A stretch of DNA of 64,000 bases, taken from Chitinophagaceae bacterium (GTDB lineage Bacteria > Bacteroidota > Bacteroidia > Chitinophagales > Chitinophagaceae). Positions 1 through 10,695 of this stretch are shown here, in pieces. The notes below the pieces were generated by a model, which saw nothing but the letters and a program-made list of their open reading frames with translations, did no database searches and had not been told where the DNA came from. Location: assembly GCA_019695015.1 (NCBI GenBank), contig JAIBAV010000067.1:3396-67395 (forward strand), in the 5' to 3' direction. The position numbers were made by a program, and so were the translations under genes. Positions within the stretch are counted from its first letter, which is position 1, and each line of letters begins with the position of its first letter.

Positions 1-73
1 AGATAAATAAACCCTAAAAGTAAAAACGTTCAAAAATGGGTATGTGGAAATATTGGTATTAAAATTATCAATA

Positions 74-646
74 TTATTTTGCATGTTGAATTGCTAATGC
101 AAATTCTAAAAGGTTTTTAAATCTTGCATCAATAGTTGCATGGGGGTAAGGTGTTTGTGGGTGTGTAGTAGCAACAAAAACGGTATGCATGCCTGCATTT
201 TTCCCAAATTGCATATCACTTAATTTATTGCCTACCATAATGCTTTTAGTAAAATCCATTGCAGGAAAATCTTTTTTTGCCTGCAAAGCCATACCTGTAT
301 TGGGTTTTCGGCATGGCGAAGTATTTTCCAAATCTGAACAAAAATATATTTTATCTATTCTGCCACCGGCATTTTGTATTTCTTGCACCATGTTTTGATG
401 AATGTTTTGTAAATCTCCCTCACTCATTAATTGTTTGCCAATACCTCTTTGATTGGTAACAACAACAATAGTTGCAAAATATTGCTGAAGTATTTTCAAT
501 GCTTCTTTTACTTCTGGGTAAAAACGAAATTCCTCCCAATTAAAAATATAGCTATTTTCTTTTTCATAGTTAATTACTCCATCTCTGTCTAAAAACAGAG
601 TCCAGTTATTTTTTATATTTTTTAATAATTGCATAAAAAAATACAA
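74..646 (-). CDS. gmhB: D-glycero-D-manno-heptose 1,7-bisphosphate phosphatase (HAD-IIIA family)
   Basis: 190-aa ORF with HAD motifs FLDRDGVIN, VVTNQ, CRKPNTGM and GNKLSDMQFG. Last gene of a same-strand run after the hddA-like and gmhA genes. The true start may be the internal Met5. Confidence 0.72.
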   Translation of the reverse strand: MYFFMQLLKNIKNNWTLFLDRDGVINYEKENSYIFNWEEFRFYPEVKEALKILQQYFATIVVVTNQRGIGKQLMSEGDLQNIHQNMVQEIQNAGGRIDKIYFCSDLENTSPCRKPNTGMALQAKKDFPAMDFTKSIMVGNKLSDMQFGKNAGMHTVFVATTHPQTPYPHATIDARFKNLLEFALAIQHAK

Positions 647-696
647 ATGTGAAACGCAACAAATGCTGCTACAAAATTCAACTGATGGTTATAAAA

Positions 697-1269
697 CTAA
701 AATAATTTTTCTTCCACTAATTCGCAAATAATATGCCCCAACATAATATGGCTTTCTTGAATACGAGGTGTATTATTGCTTGGTACGTTTAATAAATACT
801 TGGTAAGCCCTTTTATATCACCACCAGTATTACCTGTAAATGCTATGGTTGTAATATTTTTTGCATTTGCTACTTCAAAAGCCTGAATAATATTTTTACT
901 GTTGCCACTAGTTGTTAAACCTATTAAAATATCTCCACTATTGCCAATTCCATCTAGTAGTCTTGCATAAATTGCATCGTAACTATAATCATTTGCAACA
1001 GCAGTTAAGTAAGATGTGTTGCAGTGCAAAGCCTCTGCTGGCAATGCTTTCCTGTCTTTATAAAATCTTCCACTAAACTCAGCAGCCAAATGTTGTGCAT
1101 CTGCTGCACTGCCACCATTGCCACAAAACAACACTTTATTTCCGTTATTAAAAGCCTGTACAATACTATTCACACAATCATCAATTGTTTGAATGAGTGA
1201 ATTGTTATTCAAAATTTCTTGTTTAGTTGTAATGGAAGCTTGTATAATTGATTTTATTTTTTGCTGCAT
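697..1269 (-). CDS. gmhA: phosphoheptose (sedoheptulose-7-phosphate) isomerase, SIS domain
   Basis: 190 aa. Carries the SIS/GmhA signatures FCGNGGSAADAQHLAAEF and LTTSGNSKN. Size is typical of GmhA. Confidence 0.85.
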   Translation of the reverse strand: MQQKIKSIIQASITTKQEILNNNSLIQTIDDCVNSIVQAFNNGNKVLFCGNGGSAADAQHLAAEFSGRFYKDRKALPAEALHCNTSYLTAVANDYSYDAIYARLLDGIGNSGDILIGLTTSGNSKNIIQAFEVANAKNITTIAFTGNTGGDIKGLTKYLLNVPSNNTPRIQESHIMLGHIICELVEEKLF

Positions 1270-1288
1270 GATAATTTTTAGTTTTCGT

Positions 1289-2314
1289 TTAATGAACGCT
1301 CCATGTTTTTAATCCATTTTTTGTAAATGCATAAGGTTTTACTACACCACCAAAACTATTTAAAGTTTCTATTACTTTATACCTTGTATTTTGTGGGCAA
1401 TAAAAAATCATAAAACCACCGCCTCCAGCACCACTTATTTTACCACCTGTTGCACCTGCTTTTTTTGCTGCATCATAAATATTTTCAATATTACTGTTAG
1501 ATATATTGTTTGCCATTTTCCTTTTTTGCTGAAAGCCAAAATCTAATATTTCGCCAAACTCATTTAATTTGCCTTTCAGTAATGCCTCTTTCATCATTTT
1601 GGCTTGTTCTTTTAGCTGGTGCATAGCTTCAATACTTTTTTCATTTTTATTCACTACGTTTTTTTGTTGCTCTTTTATTATAGTAGCACTTTCTCTACTT
1701 GTAGCAGTAAAATACAGTACTAAATTATTTTCTAATTCGCTTATATATTCTGAACGTATTCTTAATGGATTTACAATTACTTTATCGTTATTATAAAATT
1801 CCATAAAATTCACACCACCAAAAGTAGCTGCATATTGATCTTGTTTGCCTCCTGCTAAACTTAAATCATTTCTTTCAATATCATAGGCATAATGGGCAAT
1901 GTCATAATCTCCTAAAGGCAATTTCAGCATTTCTACAAAAGCCCCAATTATAGCCACTACTAAGGTTGATGAAGTGCCTAAACCACTGCCTGCTGGAGCA
2001 TCAACAAAAGTGCTGAGTGTAAAGTTTTGATGAGCAAAACCATAATCTTTTTGAATACGATTATAAACGCCTTTTAATAAATCTACAGTGCCATTAATGG
2101 GTAATGTTTTACTAAAATCAAATTGTTGAATTTCATTTCTGTCTAATGCCTGAAGTGTTATACCACCAGTTTTTTCTAATTGAATAGATGCATAAGCATT
2201 TAATGAAATAGTTGCATTTAAAATGGCACCACCAAATTCATCGCTATAAGGGCTAACATCTGTCCCTCCTCCTGCCAAACCTATACGCAATGGGGCTTTG
2301 CTGCGATAAATCAT
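1289..2314 (-). CDS. hddA: GHMP-family sugar kinase, likely D-glycero-alpha-D-manno-heptose 7-phosphate kinase
   Basis: 341 aa. N-terminus APLRIGLAGGGTDVSPY, GHMP motif PAGSGLGTSSTLVVA and C-terminal SGAGGGGF. Sits immediately upstream of gmhA and gmhB. Confidence 0.7.
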   Translation of the reverse strand: MIYRSKAPLRIGLAGGGTDVSPYSDEFGGAILNATISLNAYASIQLEKTGGITLQALDRNEIQQFDFSKTLPINGTVDLLKGVYNRIQKDYGFAHQNFTLSTFVDAPAGSGLGTSSTLVVAIIGAFVEMLKLPLGDYDIAHYAYDIERNDLSLAGGKQDQYAATFGGVNFMEFYNNDKVIVNPLRIRSEYISELENNLVLYFTATSRESATIIKEQQKNVVNKNEKSIEAMHQLKEQAKMMKEALLKGKLNEFGEILDFGFQQKRKMANNISNSNIENIYDAAKKAGATGGKISGAGGGGFMIFYCPQNTRYKVIETLNSFGGVVKPYAFTKNGLKTWSVH

Positions 2315-2347
2315 AATTGAAAATTATTATAAATAGATGAATTAAGG

Positions 2348-3163
2348 TTAATAGCTTTCGGTTTGGTTAGGAAAATTTAAACTTTTAATATCAGTAATAT
2401 ATTGCTGAACTGCATTGAAAGTAATATCGTGTAAAGAGGCATATTGTCTCAAAAAACGTGGTTTAAATTCTGTATTAATTCCAAGCATATCATGCATTAC
2501 TAATACTTGTCCATCGCAATAAGGGCCTGCACCAATACCTATAGTTGGTATATCTATCGTTTCTGAAACTTGCTTTGCTAATTGTGCAGGTATTTTTTCT
2601 ACAACTACTGCAAAGCAACCAGCCTCTTGTAAAAGTTTTGCATCGCTTAATAATTTATCTGCTTCTGCTTGTTCTTTGGCTCTCACAGTATAGGTTCCAA
2701 ATTTATAAATACTTTGAGGTGTTAAACCCAAATGCCCCATAACAGGAATACCGGCACCTACAATTTTTCTAACACTTTCTACAACTTCTGCACCTCCTTC
2801 AAGTTTAACTGAATGTCCTCCTGTTTCTTTCATAATTCTAATGGCAGATGCCAAAGCAATATCACTATTACTTTGGTAGGTACCAAAAGGTAAATCAACC
2901 ACAACCAAACATCTGTTAATTGCTCTTACTACACTTTGTGCATGATATATCATTTGGTCTAAGGTTATTGGCAAAGTTGTTTCATGACCAGCCATTACAT
3001 TGCTTGCACTATCGCCAACCAAAATAATATCTATTCCTGCATTGTCAATAATTTTTGCAAAGGAAAAATCGTAAGCAGTAAGCATAGAAATTTTTTCGCC
3101 AGACTGCTTCATTTTTTGTAATGTATTGGTAGTGATTTTTTTAACCTCTTTATGAATGGACAT
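2348..3163 (-). CDS. panB: 3-methyl-2-oxobutanoate hydroxymethyltransferase
   Basis: 271 aa with PanB signatures [26 protein letters not shown] and GHLGLTPQS. Confidence 0.9.
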   Translation of the reverse strand: MSIHKEVKKITTNTLQKMKQSGEKISMLTAYDFSFAKIIDNAGIDIILVGDSASNVMAGHETTLPITLDQMIYHAQSVVRAINRCLVVVDLPFGTYQSNSDIALASAIRIMKETGGHSVKLEGGAEVVESVRKIVGAGIPVMGHLGLTPQSIYKFGTYTVRAKEQAEADKLLSDAKLLQEAGCFAVVVEKIPAQLAKQVSETIDIPTIGIGAGPYCDGQVLVMHDMLGINTEFKPRFLRQYASLHDITFNAVQQYITDIKSLNFPNQTESY

Positions 3164-3246
3164 TTAAAATTTTTAAGAAGATAAGGAATAGCTTTTAACG
3201 TTGTAAAATTAAAGTTTTGTTTCTAATTCTAATTATTGAAGAATAG

Positions 3247-4749
3247 TTATTTGATATAAATACCAATTAACAGTGCTATTGCACATAGAATAAAAAGAAT
3301 AACTAAAAAAGGTGTTATAAATTTAAACCAAGTTTTTGTACTAATATTTACCATGCTTATAGATGGTAAAAATAAACCCGTTGGGGTAATAAAGCCCATT
3401 ATTCCCATACCGTATAAATAACTATTCACAATTTCTCTTCCTGGTACATGAACTATTAAAGCAAGTGCCCCTAAAATTGGCATAGTTAAAACAGCCATAC
3501 CAGATGATGATGAAATGAATAAAGTTAAAATTATGAACAACCCTAACAATATTAAAATAAAGAAAGCAGGAGGAAAACTGCCAGTAATTTTTGCTGTGTA
3601 AAATAACAATGTATCGCTAATATTTCCATCATTTAAAACAATAGTAATTCCACGTGCAATACCTACAATAAAAGCAACACCCAAAAGGCTTTCGGCTCCT
3701 TTTATAAATTGTTGAATAAATTCGGCTTCCTTTGTTTTATTTATAAAAAATAATAATAAGGATGCTCCAAAAAATAATACTGTAATTTCAAGCAACCACC
3801 ATTTTAAAAATATTACTCCTGCAATCATAATGATGAATGCACTTGCAAAAAGTAGTAATAATAGTTTTGTTCTTAAGGTAAGTGTGTTGTTTATATCTTC
3901 ATTATTTACTGTTGCTGAATAATTATAATGTAGGTTCCCATCGTATTTTAACACTAATGAGTTTGCAGGATTTGCTTTTATTTTTTTAGCATATCTTAAA
4001 ATATACCAAATTAATAAAGCAGTAGAAATAATGTACATTAAAATTCTTTCGTAAATGCCATCAATCCAGTTTAAGCCTGCAGCATTAGAGCCAATTATAG
4101 TAGCAAAAGGATTGCTAAAAGAAGAAAGTGTACCTAATTGAGACCCTGCAAAAATTACAGCAACAGGTATTAATAAATCGTAACCAGCAGCTAAAAATAA
4201 AGGAACTAATACAGGATAAAAAACTAATGTTTCTTCTGCCATACCATAAGAGGAGCCTCCAAATGAAAACAAAGCTGTAAGAATAATTATTAAAAATTGT
4301 TCTCTTCCTTTTAATTTAAATGATAAGTAGGATATGCCTTTTAGCATGGCACCTGTTTCGTTAAATACATAAATAAATCCACCCATTACTAAAATTAGCA
4401 ATACAATATCTATAGCATCGTAAATGCCTTTTATGGGAGAAGATAATAATTGAATAAAAGTTGTTCTATTGCTTTTTGTAGCTTGATAAGTGTTAGGAAT
4501 TGAGACAGGTTTTGTAATATCTCCATTCGTAAACTTTTCCAAAGGAATAATGATGTGCAAGCTATCTAAAGTATTTTGGGTTAAAGGCACATGTGTATTG
4601 ATGCCATTACTATTAATTACAAAATTTTTTTCCGATACAGATAATTTATTGTACGTACCTGCTGGTAAAAGCCAAGTTGCAATTGCTGCAATAATGGTTA
4701 CTAACAACAAAATTGTTATTGGATGCAGCATCTTTTTACTAGAAATCAT
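3247..4749 (-). CDS. YfcC/ArcD-like multi-pass membrane transporter
   Basis: 500 aa, hydrophobic throughout with many predicted TM segments. Its layout (N-terminal TM, soluble loop, then a long TM bundle) recalls the YfcC family. Assignment is from memory only. Confidence 0.55.
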   Translation of the reverse strand: MISSKKMLHPITILLLVTIIAAIATWLLPAGTYNKLSVSEKNFVINSNGINTHVPLTQNTLDSLHIIIPLEKFTNGDITKPVSIPNTYQATKSNRTTFIQLLSSPIKGIYDAIDIVLLILVMGGFIYVFNETGAMLKGISYLSFKLKGREQFLIIILTALFSFGGSSYGMAEETLVFYPVLVPLFLAAGYDLLIPVAVIFAGSQLGTLSSFSNPFATIIGSNAAGLNWIDGIYERILMYIISTALLIWYILRYAKKIKANPANSLVLKYDGNLHYNYSATVNNEDINNTLTLRTKLLLLLFASAFIIMIAGVIFLKWWLLEITVLFFGASLLLFFINKTKEAEFIQQFIKGAESLLGVAFIVGIARGITIVLNDGNISDTLLFYTAKITGSFPPAFFILILLGLFIILTLFISSSSGMAVLTMPILGALALIVHVPGREIVNSYLYGMGIMGFITPTGLFLPSISMVNISTKTWFKFITPFLVILFILCAIALLIGIYIK

Positions 4750-4908
4750 ATATAAATAATTGAAATTGCTTTAACAATGTTAAAATAAATATAAGTATCC
4801 ATATAACTTTTATTATAAATGAGTGTTTAGGAACCATAGAAAATAAGGGAGCATTTTTTATAGAAATTTTATTTTTCGATTTTCTTTTTATTAGAAATTC
4901 AGAAACCT

Positions 4909-4916
4909 TACATTTG
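4909..4916 (+). promoter_or_regulatory. Bacteroidota -7 promoter box (TAcaTTTG) for the SRP RNA
   Basis: Exact match to TAnnTTTG. It ends about 5 nt before the first G of the SRP RNA closing helix. Confidence 0.45.
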
Positions 4917-4920
4917 CAGC

Positions 4921-5016
4921 GGCAGGTCTTATACGACCAGCTCCTGCTGAACCTCCCCAGGGTAGGAATACAGCAAGGATAGGCGGTTGAGCGGTGCGAT
5001 GTGAGTAGCCTGCCAC
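4921..5016 (+). ncRNA. ffs: signal recognition particle RNA (small bacterial 4.5S type)
   Basis: About 96 nt. The 5' GGCAGG pairs with the 3' CCUGCC. The domain IV core CCAGGGUA-GGAA-UACAGCAAGG carries the GGAA tetraloop and the flanking AGG / AGCA loop motifs seen in E. coli 4.5S RNA. A T-run follows, and a -7 promoter box precedes it. Confidence 0.78.
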
Positions 5017-5104
5017 TTTTTTCTTCTACCAAATTCTAAATATATTTTATTAGAATACGGATAATTTGCAAAGAATAATTTTTCAATTAATTTAATAAAA
5101 AGCT

Positions 5105-5755
5105 ATGAAATTTTTTGTTGATACTGCAAACCTTAATCAAATAAAAGAAGCAAATGATTTAGGTATTTTAGATGGAGTTACTACTAACCCTTCTTTAATG
5201 GCTAAAGAGGGTGTAAAAGGCGAGGAAGCTATTATGAACCATTATAAAACTATTTGCGAAATGGTTGATGGTGATATTAGTGCAGAAGTGTTGAGTGTTA
5301 CATTTAATGAAATTATTGAAGAAGGTAAAAAATTAGCTGCTATTCATCCTAACATTGTTGTTAAAGTACCAATGATAAAAGATGGTATTAAAGCAATTAA
5401 ATGGTTTACAGATAATGGTATTAAAACAAACTGCACTTTAATTTTTAGTGCTGGGCAAGCTATACTTGCAGCAAAAGCTGGTGCTACTTATATTTCTCCT
5501 TTTTTAGGAAGAATTGATGATAGTGGTTGGGATGGTGTTCAACTAATAGAAGAAATTGCTCAAATATATGCTGTACAAGGGTTTAAGAGTGAAATATTGG
5601 CAGCATCTATTCGTAACCCAAATCATATTATTAGGTGTGCTGCTGCTGGTGCAGATGTTTGTACTTGCCCGTTAGATTCTATTTTAGGGTTATTAAAACA
5701 TCCTTTAACTGATATTGGCTTAGCCAAGTTTTTAGAAGATGCTAAAAAAATGTAA
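5105..5755 (+). CDS. tal: transaldolase type 3B / fructose-6-phosphate aldolase family
   Basis: 216 aa. Motifs MKFFVDTANL and GVTTNPSL, with the Schiff-base lysine context VVKVPM. Sequence inspection alone cannot separate Tal from Fsa. Confidence 0.85.
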   Translation: MKFFVDTANLNQIKEANDLGILDGVTTNPSLMAKEGVKGEEAIMNHYKTICEMVDGDISAEVLSVTFNEIIEEGKKLAAIHPNIVVKVPMIKDGIKAIKWFTDNGIKTNCTLIFSAGQAILAAKAGATYISPFLGRIDDSGWDGVQLIEEIAQIYAVQGFKSEILAASIRNPNHIIRCAAAGADVCTCPLDSILGLLKHPLTDIGLAKFLEDAKKM

Positions 5756-5775
5756 TTAATTTCTTACTATAATTT

Positions 5776-5806
5776 AAAAGCTCAGATAAATTATCTGAGC
5801 TTTTTA
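5776..5806. terminator. bidirectional rho-independent terminator between tal and aspS
   Basis: A 9-bp stem, GCTCAGATA (5780-5788) with TATCTGAGC (5792-5800), flanked by an A-run and a T-run between convergent genes. Confidence 0.7.
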
Positions 5807-5812
5807 TTTTGC

Positions 5813-7645
5813 TTAATTAATTTCTTTTGGAGTTAGTTTAATTTGTAGTTCATTTAATTGCTTTGTATCTATACTACTTGGTGCATCAAGCATTACATCT
5901 CTACCACTATTATTTTTAGGAAAAGCAATAAAGTCTCTAATACTTTCGCTACCCCCTAAAATAGAACATAATCTATCAAAACCAAAAGCAATACCACCAT
6001 GTGGCGGAGCACCAAATTCAAAAGCTCCTAATAAAAAACCAAATTTATGTTGTTGCTCTTCTTCATTCATACCTAAGGCAGCAAACATTTTTTGCTGTAA
6101 TTCTTTTTGATAAATTCTAATACTTCCTCCACCAATTTCATTACCATTTAAAACCATATCATAAGCATTGGCTTTAATATTTGCATACGGATGTTTTAAA
6201 TAATCTGCAGCATTTTCTATGGCTGGGTTGTTATGAATCATTGTTTCAATATCACTTGGCTTAGGGCTTGTAAAAGGATGATGACGTGCTACCCATCTAT
6301 TCTCTTCTTCGGCATATTCAAATAAAGGAAAATCTACAACCCACAATAGTTTAAACTCATCCTCTTTTCTATAACCTAATCTCTTACCCATTTCTAATCT
6401 TAATTCGCTAATAGCTTTTCTGGTTCTTTCCTCTTGGCCTGCAAGTATTAAAATTAAATCTCCGGCTTTTGCATTTGCTGCTTGTGCAATTGCTTTTAAT
6501 TTTTCTTCGCTATAAAATTTATCTACACTGCTTTTAAATGTACCATCAGTATTACACTTAATAAATACCAAACCTTTCATTCCAATTTGAGGTCGTTTTA
6601 CCCATTCAGTTAATTCGTCTGTTTGTTTGCGGGTAAACTCACTACAATCAGGAACAGCAATGGCTACAACAGTTTCTGCATCATTAAATACTGCAAGATC
6701 TGCTGCAATTAAATCAGAAATATTGTTTTTTTCTGGAAAGCTATGAGCAGGAAATTTTAAGTTGCATAGCTGCATGCCAAATCTAATATCTGGTTTATCA
6801 TTTCCATACTGCCACATTGCTTCTTGCCAAGTCATTCTTTCAACTACACTGGTATAATCAATATTTTTTACTTCTTTAAAAATACTTTTTATCAAACCCT
6901 CAAACATGTTCAAAATATCTTCTTGTTCAACAAAACTCATTTCACAATCTATTTGTGTAAATTCTGGTTGACGGTCAGCTCTTAAATCTTCATCTCTAAA
7001 ACATTTTACAATTTGATAGTATTTATCGTAACCACTTACCATTAATAATTGTTTAAAAGTTTGTGGACTTTGGGGCAAAGCATAAAACTGCCCTACATTC
7101 ATTCTACTTGGTACTACAAAATCTCTTGCACCTTCTGGCGTAGATTTTATTAAGAAAGGTGTTTCAATATCTATAAAACCATTTTCATGTAAATAATTTC
7201 TGGCACTTCTGTTTACTGCATAACGTAGTTCAATATTTTTCTTTACAGCATTTCTTCTCAAGTCTAAATAACGATATTTCATTCTAAGGTCATCGCCACC
7301 ATCCGTTTCATCTTGTATGGTAAATGGTGGTGTTTCACTTTTGTTTAAAATGGTAAAGTTGTTTACTGTAACTTCTATTTCTCCGGTTGCAATATTTTTA
7401 TTTTTATTACTTCTTTCAGTAACCGTTCCATTTACTTGCAAAACAAATTCACGTCCTAAAGAATTTTCTTCTAATTGGTTGTTCAGGTTTTCGCCAAAAA
7501 GTATTTGTGTTATACCATAACGGTCTCTTAAATCAATAAAAGTAATTGCACCAAATTTCCTAATTGTTTGTACCCATCCTGCTAGGGTAACTATTTCACC
7601 AACGTTTTTAATTGTTAATTCACCACAAGTTCTAGAACGAAACAT
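5813..7645 (-). CDS. aspS: aspartate--tRNA ligase
   Basis: 610 aa. Class II motifs [25 protein letters not shown] and GIAFGFDRL, plus an N-terminal OB anticodon-binding region. Confidence 0.93.
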   Translation of the reverse strand: MFRSRTCGELTIKNVGEIVTLAGWVQTIRKFGAITFIDLRDRYGITQILFGENLNNQLEENSLGREFVLQVNGTVTERSNKNKNIATGEIEVTVNNFTILNKSETPPFTIQDETDGGDDLRMKYRYLDLRRNAVKKNIELRYAVNRSARNYLHENGFIDIETPFLIKSTPEGARDFVVPSRMNVGQFYALPQSPQTFKQLLMVSGYDKYYQIVKCFRDEDLRADRQPEFTQIDCEMSFVEQEDILNMFEGLIKSIFKEVKNIDYTSVVERMTWQEAMWQYGNDKPDIRFGMQLCNLKFPAHSFPEKNNISDLIAADLAVFNDAETVVAIAVPDCSEFTRKQTDELTEWVKRPQIGMKGLVFIKCNTDGTFKSSVDKFYSEEKLKAIAQAANAKAGDLILILAGQEERTRKAISELRLEMGKRLGYRKEDEFKLLWVVDFPLFEYAEEENRWVARHHPFTSPKPSDIETMIHNNPAIENAADYLKHPYANIKANAYDMVLNGNEIGGGSIRIYQKELQQKMFAALGMNEEEQQHKFGFLLGAFEFGAPPHGGIAFGFDRLCSILGGSESIRDFIAFPKNNSGRDVMLDAPSSIDTKQLNELQIKLTPKEIN

Positions 7646-7847
7646 ACTATTTAGATTATTTTAATTTTTTGTAATCAACGGTTGTTATATAATGATACAA
7701 TTGTTGCGTCGCACCCTTCAACTTTCGATGCTTTATTAGGCAAAGTTTGTAAGGCTTACAGTATTTGTACAACAGTTGCAAATATATATTAAATAAAAAG
7801 AGAGTAGCGTTTAACTACCCTCTACTTATATTTTTTTTAAATATTAT

Positions 7848-8531
7848 CTAATTATTCCAATTTTTTCCAAAAACTCTTTGTAGTAGTGGGCTTGTTCTAG
7901 CTTCTGCTTTAGTTCTAATATTTACCTCTTGCTCAGCAATTTTATTAAACATAGCATTGGTAACAACACCAGCTAACAAATTATCTAAATTTAGGTTTAA
8001 GTTTATTTTATTACCCAAAAATATTTTTGCTGGTGCAACCAATTTATCCCATTCTTTAGTAACCTGATATTGGTCTAAGGCTGTTTTCATAATTGGCGTA
8101 ACAGTTGTTCTTAAATCATTGCCAATTGTTGTTCTAAAGTAATCTGTTGCAGCAGTTCCACCATTTTTAACAATATTTATTGCATCGGTTATATTCATTC
8201 TTTTTATACCATCTGCAAAAACAGGTATAGAGTTAGTTGCTGTTTGTGTTGCAGCATTGGTAAGGGTATTGGTAAATTTATCAATTTCTTTACTTAGGCC
8301 CATTTGCTGCAATTTTTGTAAAACCGTATTTACATCTTTCGGTAAAATAGCATTCATTAATACATCTTTGCTAATTAAAGCATTTCCATTACTGCCAATA
8401 GTAAGCATTTCTTTTATGGCACTTATAGCATCTCTTTCTGTTAAAATACTATCTGCTACACTTTTTAATGTGTCGCAACTACTAAAAAACATACTACAAC
8501 TAACCAATAAGGCTAAATAAACTCTTCTCAT
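7848..8531 (-). CDS. DUF4197-like secreted lipoprotein
   Basis: 227 aa. Lipoprotein-type signal MFFSSC. The internal pattern (AISAIKEMLTIGS...IPVFADGIK...ATDYFR) recalls DUF4197. From memory only. Confidence 0.45.
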   Translation of the reverse strand: MRRVYLALLVSCSMFFSSCDTLKSVADSILTERDAISAIKEMLTIGSNGNALISKDVLMNAILPKDVNTVLQKLQQMGLSKEIDKFTNTLTNAATQTATNSIPVFADGIKRMNITDAINIVKNGGTAATDYFRTTIGNDLRTTVTPIMKTALDQYQVTKEWDKLVAPAKIFLGNKINLNLNLDNLLAGVVTNAMFNKIAEQEVNIRTKAEARTSPLLQRVFGKNWNN

Positions 8532-8641
8532 AACATAATAAAATTAAGGGGTCAAACATAAGATTTATAACTAACATATTGTAATAAAGTATTGGTGATA
8601 ATTTAATAAAATACTTTTATTCAATTAATTAATTTTATGCA

Positions 8642-10579
8642 ATGATTAGGCTTTTACTATTTATTAGTATCTTCTTTTATAAAGTTAATGCACAAGAGAT
8701 GGAGAACAGAACAGTTTCCAATCTTTCTTTAACCAATACTATACTAACAGCTCCAAAATTCAATACACCAGCTATTTCAAAAGCTTCTAACAATTTTCAC
8801 ATTCATTACTTAAAGTTTAAATTAAAAGTAAACCCAGCAATAAGATATATTGATGGCAGTGTAGATATATATTTTATTCCAAACATACTAACCGATAGTA
8901 TAGAGTTAGATTTATCCTATCAGTTAAAGGTAGATAGTATAGTATTTAATAATCAAAAATTAAGTTACATACAACACCCAAATAATACTTTAATTATTTA
9001 CTTCCAAACAGCCTTAGTTGCTGCACAAAACTATTCCATGAATATATTTTATAAAGGGGTGCCTGGCGATAGTGGCTATGGTTCTTTTATACAAACTACA
9101 CATAATAATACACCTGTTATTTGGACATTAAGCGAACCTTTTGGAAGTAAAGATTGGTTTCCTTGTAAAAATGAATTAAGCAATAAAATAGATAGTGTAG
9201 ATATGTTTATTACGCATCCTTCTGTTTATAAAGCAACAGCAAATGGTGTGTTGCAATATGAGCAAACTAATGGTGGTAATACAACAACCTTTTTTAAACA
9301 CCGTTATCCAATTGCTACTTATTTAATTGCTTTTGCTGTAAGTAACTATTCGGTTCAACAAATAAAAATGAAGATTGGAATTGACACCCTACAATATGTA
9401 TCTTATATCTATCCTGAGTCGGTTGCTGATTTTCAAAATTTAATCATTCCTACTATAAATGCTCTGCAACTTTTTAGCAATACATTTGGCACTTATCCTT
9501 TTATTAAAGAACAATATGGCATAACACAATTTGGGTGGGGTGGTGGTATGGAGCATCAAACAAATAGTTTTTTATCGGCACCCGATACCAATTTAATGGT
9601 TCATGAATTAGCACACCAATGGTTTGGTAACAAAGTTACTTGCCATAGTTGGCAGCATATTTGGTTAAATGAAGGATTGGCAACATTTGCAGCTAATTAC
9701 TATTTTGAAAAAGTAGATTCTGCAAAACTTTTATCATTTTTAACTACACAACTAAATAATATTACTAAGTTGCCAGATGGTAAAATTATTGTATCAGACA
9801 CATTTAATGTTGGTAGTATTTTTAACTCTAGGTTAAGCTACGACAAAGCAGCTTTTATGTTAAGAATGTTAAGATATACATTAGGCGATAGTATTTTTTT
9901 TAAAGCTGTTTTCAATTATATAAATGACCCATTATTGCAATACAATTTTGTAACCACTAATCATTTTATACAACATGTAGAGGAAGTAGCAAAGCAAGAT
10001 TTAAGTTGGTTTTTTAATCAATGGCTTAATGGTGAAGGCTTTCCAACTTTTAATGTTTCTTGGAGTAATAATAATTTTAACTGGGTTAAAGTTATTGTTA
10101 ACCAAACAACTTCACATTCATCGGTTCCTTTCTACAAAACTGTATTGCCATTAACATTTAAAAACAATCATCAACAAAAAACAATAAAAGTATTTTGCAC
10201 AAAAAATAATCAAGAGTTTTGGGCCTATTTAGGTTTTAAAGCAGATACCGTTTTAGTAGATGAAGATTTACAATTAATTAGTAAAAGCAATACAACCATT
10301 CAATTACCCTTAACTATTGCATCAGATAACAATGTGCTTTTATATCCTAACCCTGTTAAAGATAATTTGTTTCTACAAATTACAGAGCCATTAGCACAGC
10401 AATTAAATATTCAAATTTATAATGCTTTTGGTTCTATGGTTTACTCCAATTTGTTTAAAAATATTAGTAATAATACATTAATTAAAATTCCATTTAGCTC
10501 TTATTTAAAAGGGTTTTACGTGGTTAAAATACAAACCGAAACCGGTTTGAAGGGTATAAAAAAAATAATTAAATATTAA
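8642..10579 (+). CDS. M1-family zinc aminopeptidase with T9SS C-terminal sorting domain
   Basis: 645 aa with a signal peptide. Exopeptidase motif GGGMEHQ, zinc site HELAHQWFGN...WLNEGLATF, and a type A Por secretion tail (LYPNPVKDNLFLQI ... GFYVVKIQTETGLKGIKKIIKY). Confidence 0.85.
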   Translation: MIRLLLFISIFFYKVNAQEMENRTVSNLSLTNTILTAPKFNTPAISKASNNFHIHYLKFKLKVNPAIRYIDGSVDIYFIPNILTDSIELDLSYQLKVDSIVFNNQKLSYIQHPNNTLIIYFQTALVAAQNYSMNIFYKGVPGDSGYGSFIQTTHNNTPVIWTLSEPFGSKDWFPCKNELSNKIDSVDMFITHPSVYKATANGVLQYEQTNGGNTTTFFKHRYPIATYLIAFAVSNYSVQQIKMKIGIDTLQYVSYIYPESVADFQNLIIPTINALQLFSNTFGTYPFIKEQYGITQFGWGGGMEHQTNSFLSAPDTNLMVHELAHQWFGNKVTCHSWQHIWLNEGLATFAANYYFEKVDSAKLLSFLTTQLNNITKLPDGKIIVSDTFNVGSIFNSRLSYDKAAFMLRMLRYTLGDSIFFKAVFNYINDPLLQYNFVTTNHFIQHVEEVAKQDLSWFFNQWLNGEGFPTFNVSWSNNNFNWVKVIVNQTTSHSSVPFYKTVLPLTFKNNHQQKTIKVFCTKNNQEFWAYLGFKADTVLVDEDLQLISKSNTTIQLPLTIASDNNVLLYPNPVKDNLFLQITEPLAQQLNIQIYNAFGSMVYSNLFKNISNNTLIKIPFSSYLKGFYVVKIQTETGLKGIKKIIKY

Positions 10580-10695
10580 TAATTTGCTTGTTAACATTTA
10601 TGAATAACTTTTTATGTGTACATTATTGTTACTACCAAATACATTCGTCAAATTTGCTAGTATTGTTTATTAAAAATTGTATTATTTAAGCTACC

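Noticed and set aside
4739-5032. 97-aa minus-strand ORF from the ORF track
   Set aside because: It overlaps the plus-strand SRP RNA and its promoter. The predicted protein is low-complexity with no motif and overlaps the 5' end of the YfcC-like gene.
7646-7847. Possible riboswitch or T-box leader upstream of aspS
   Set aside because: I could find no specifier or T-box-like conserved elements. Such leaders are not expected in Bacteroidota, and the region is adequately explained by a promoter plus the terminator of the neighbouring gene.
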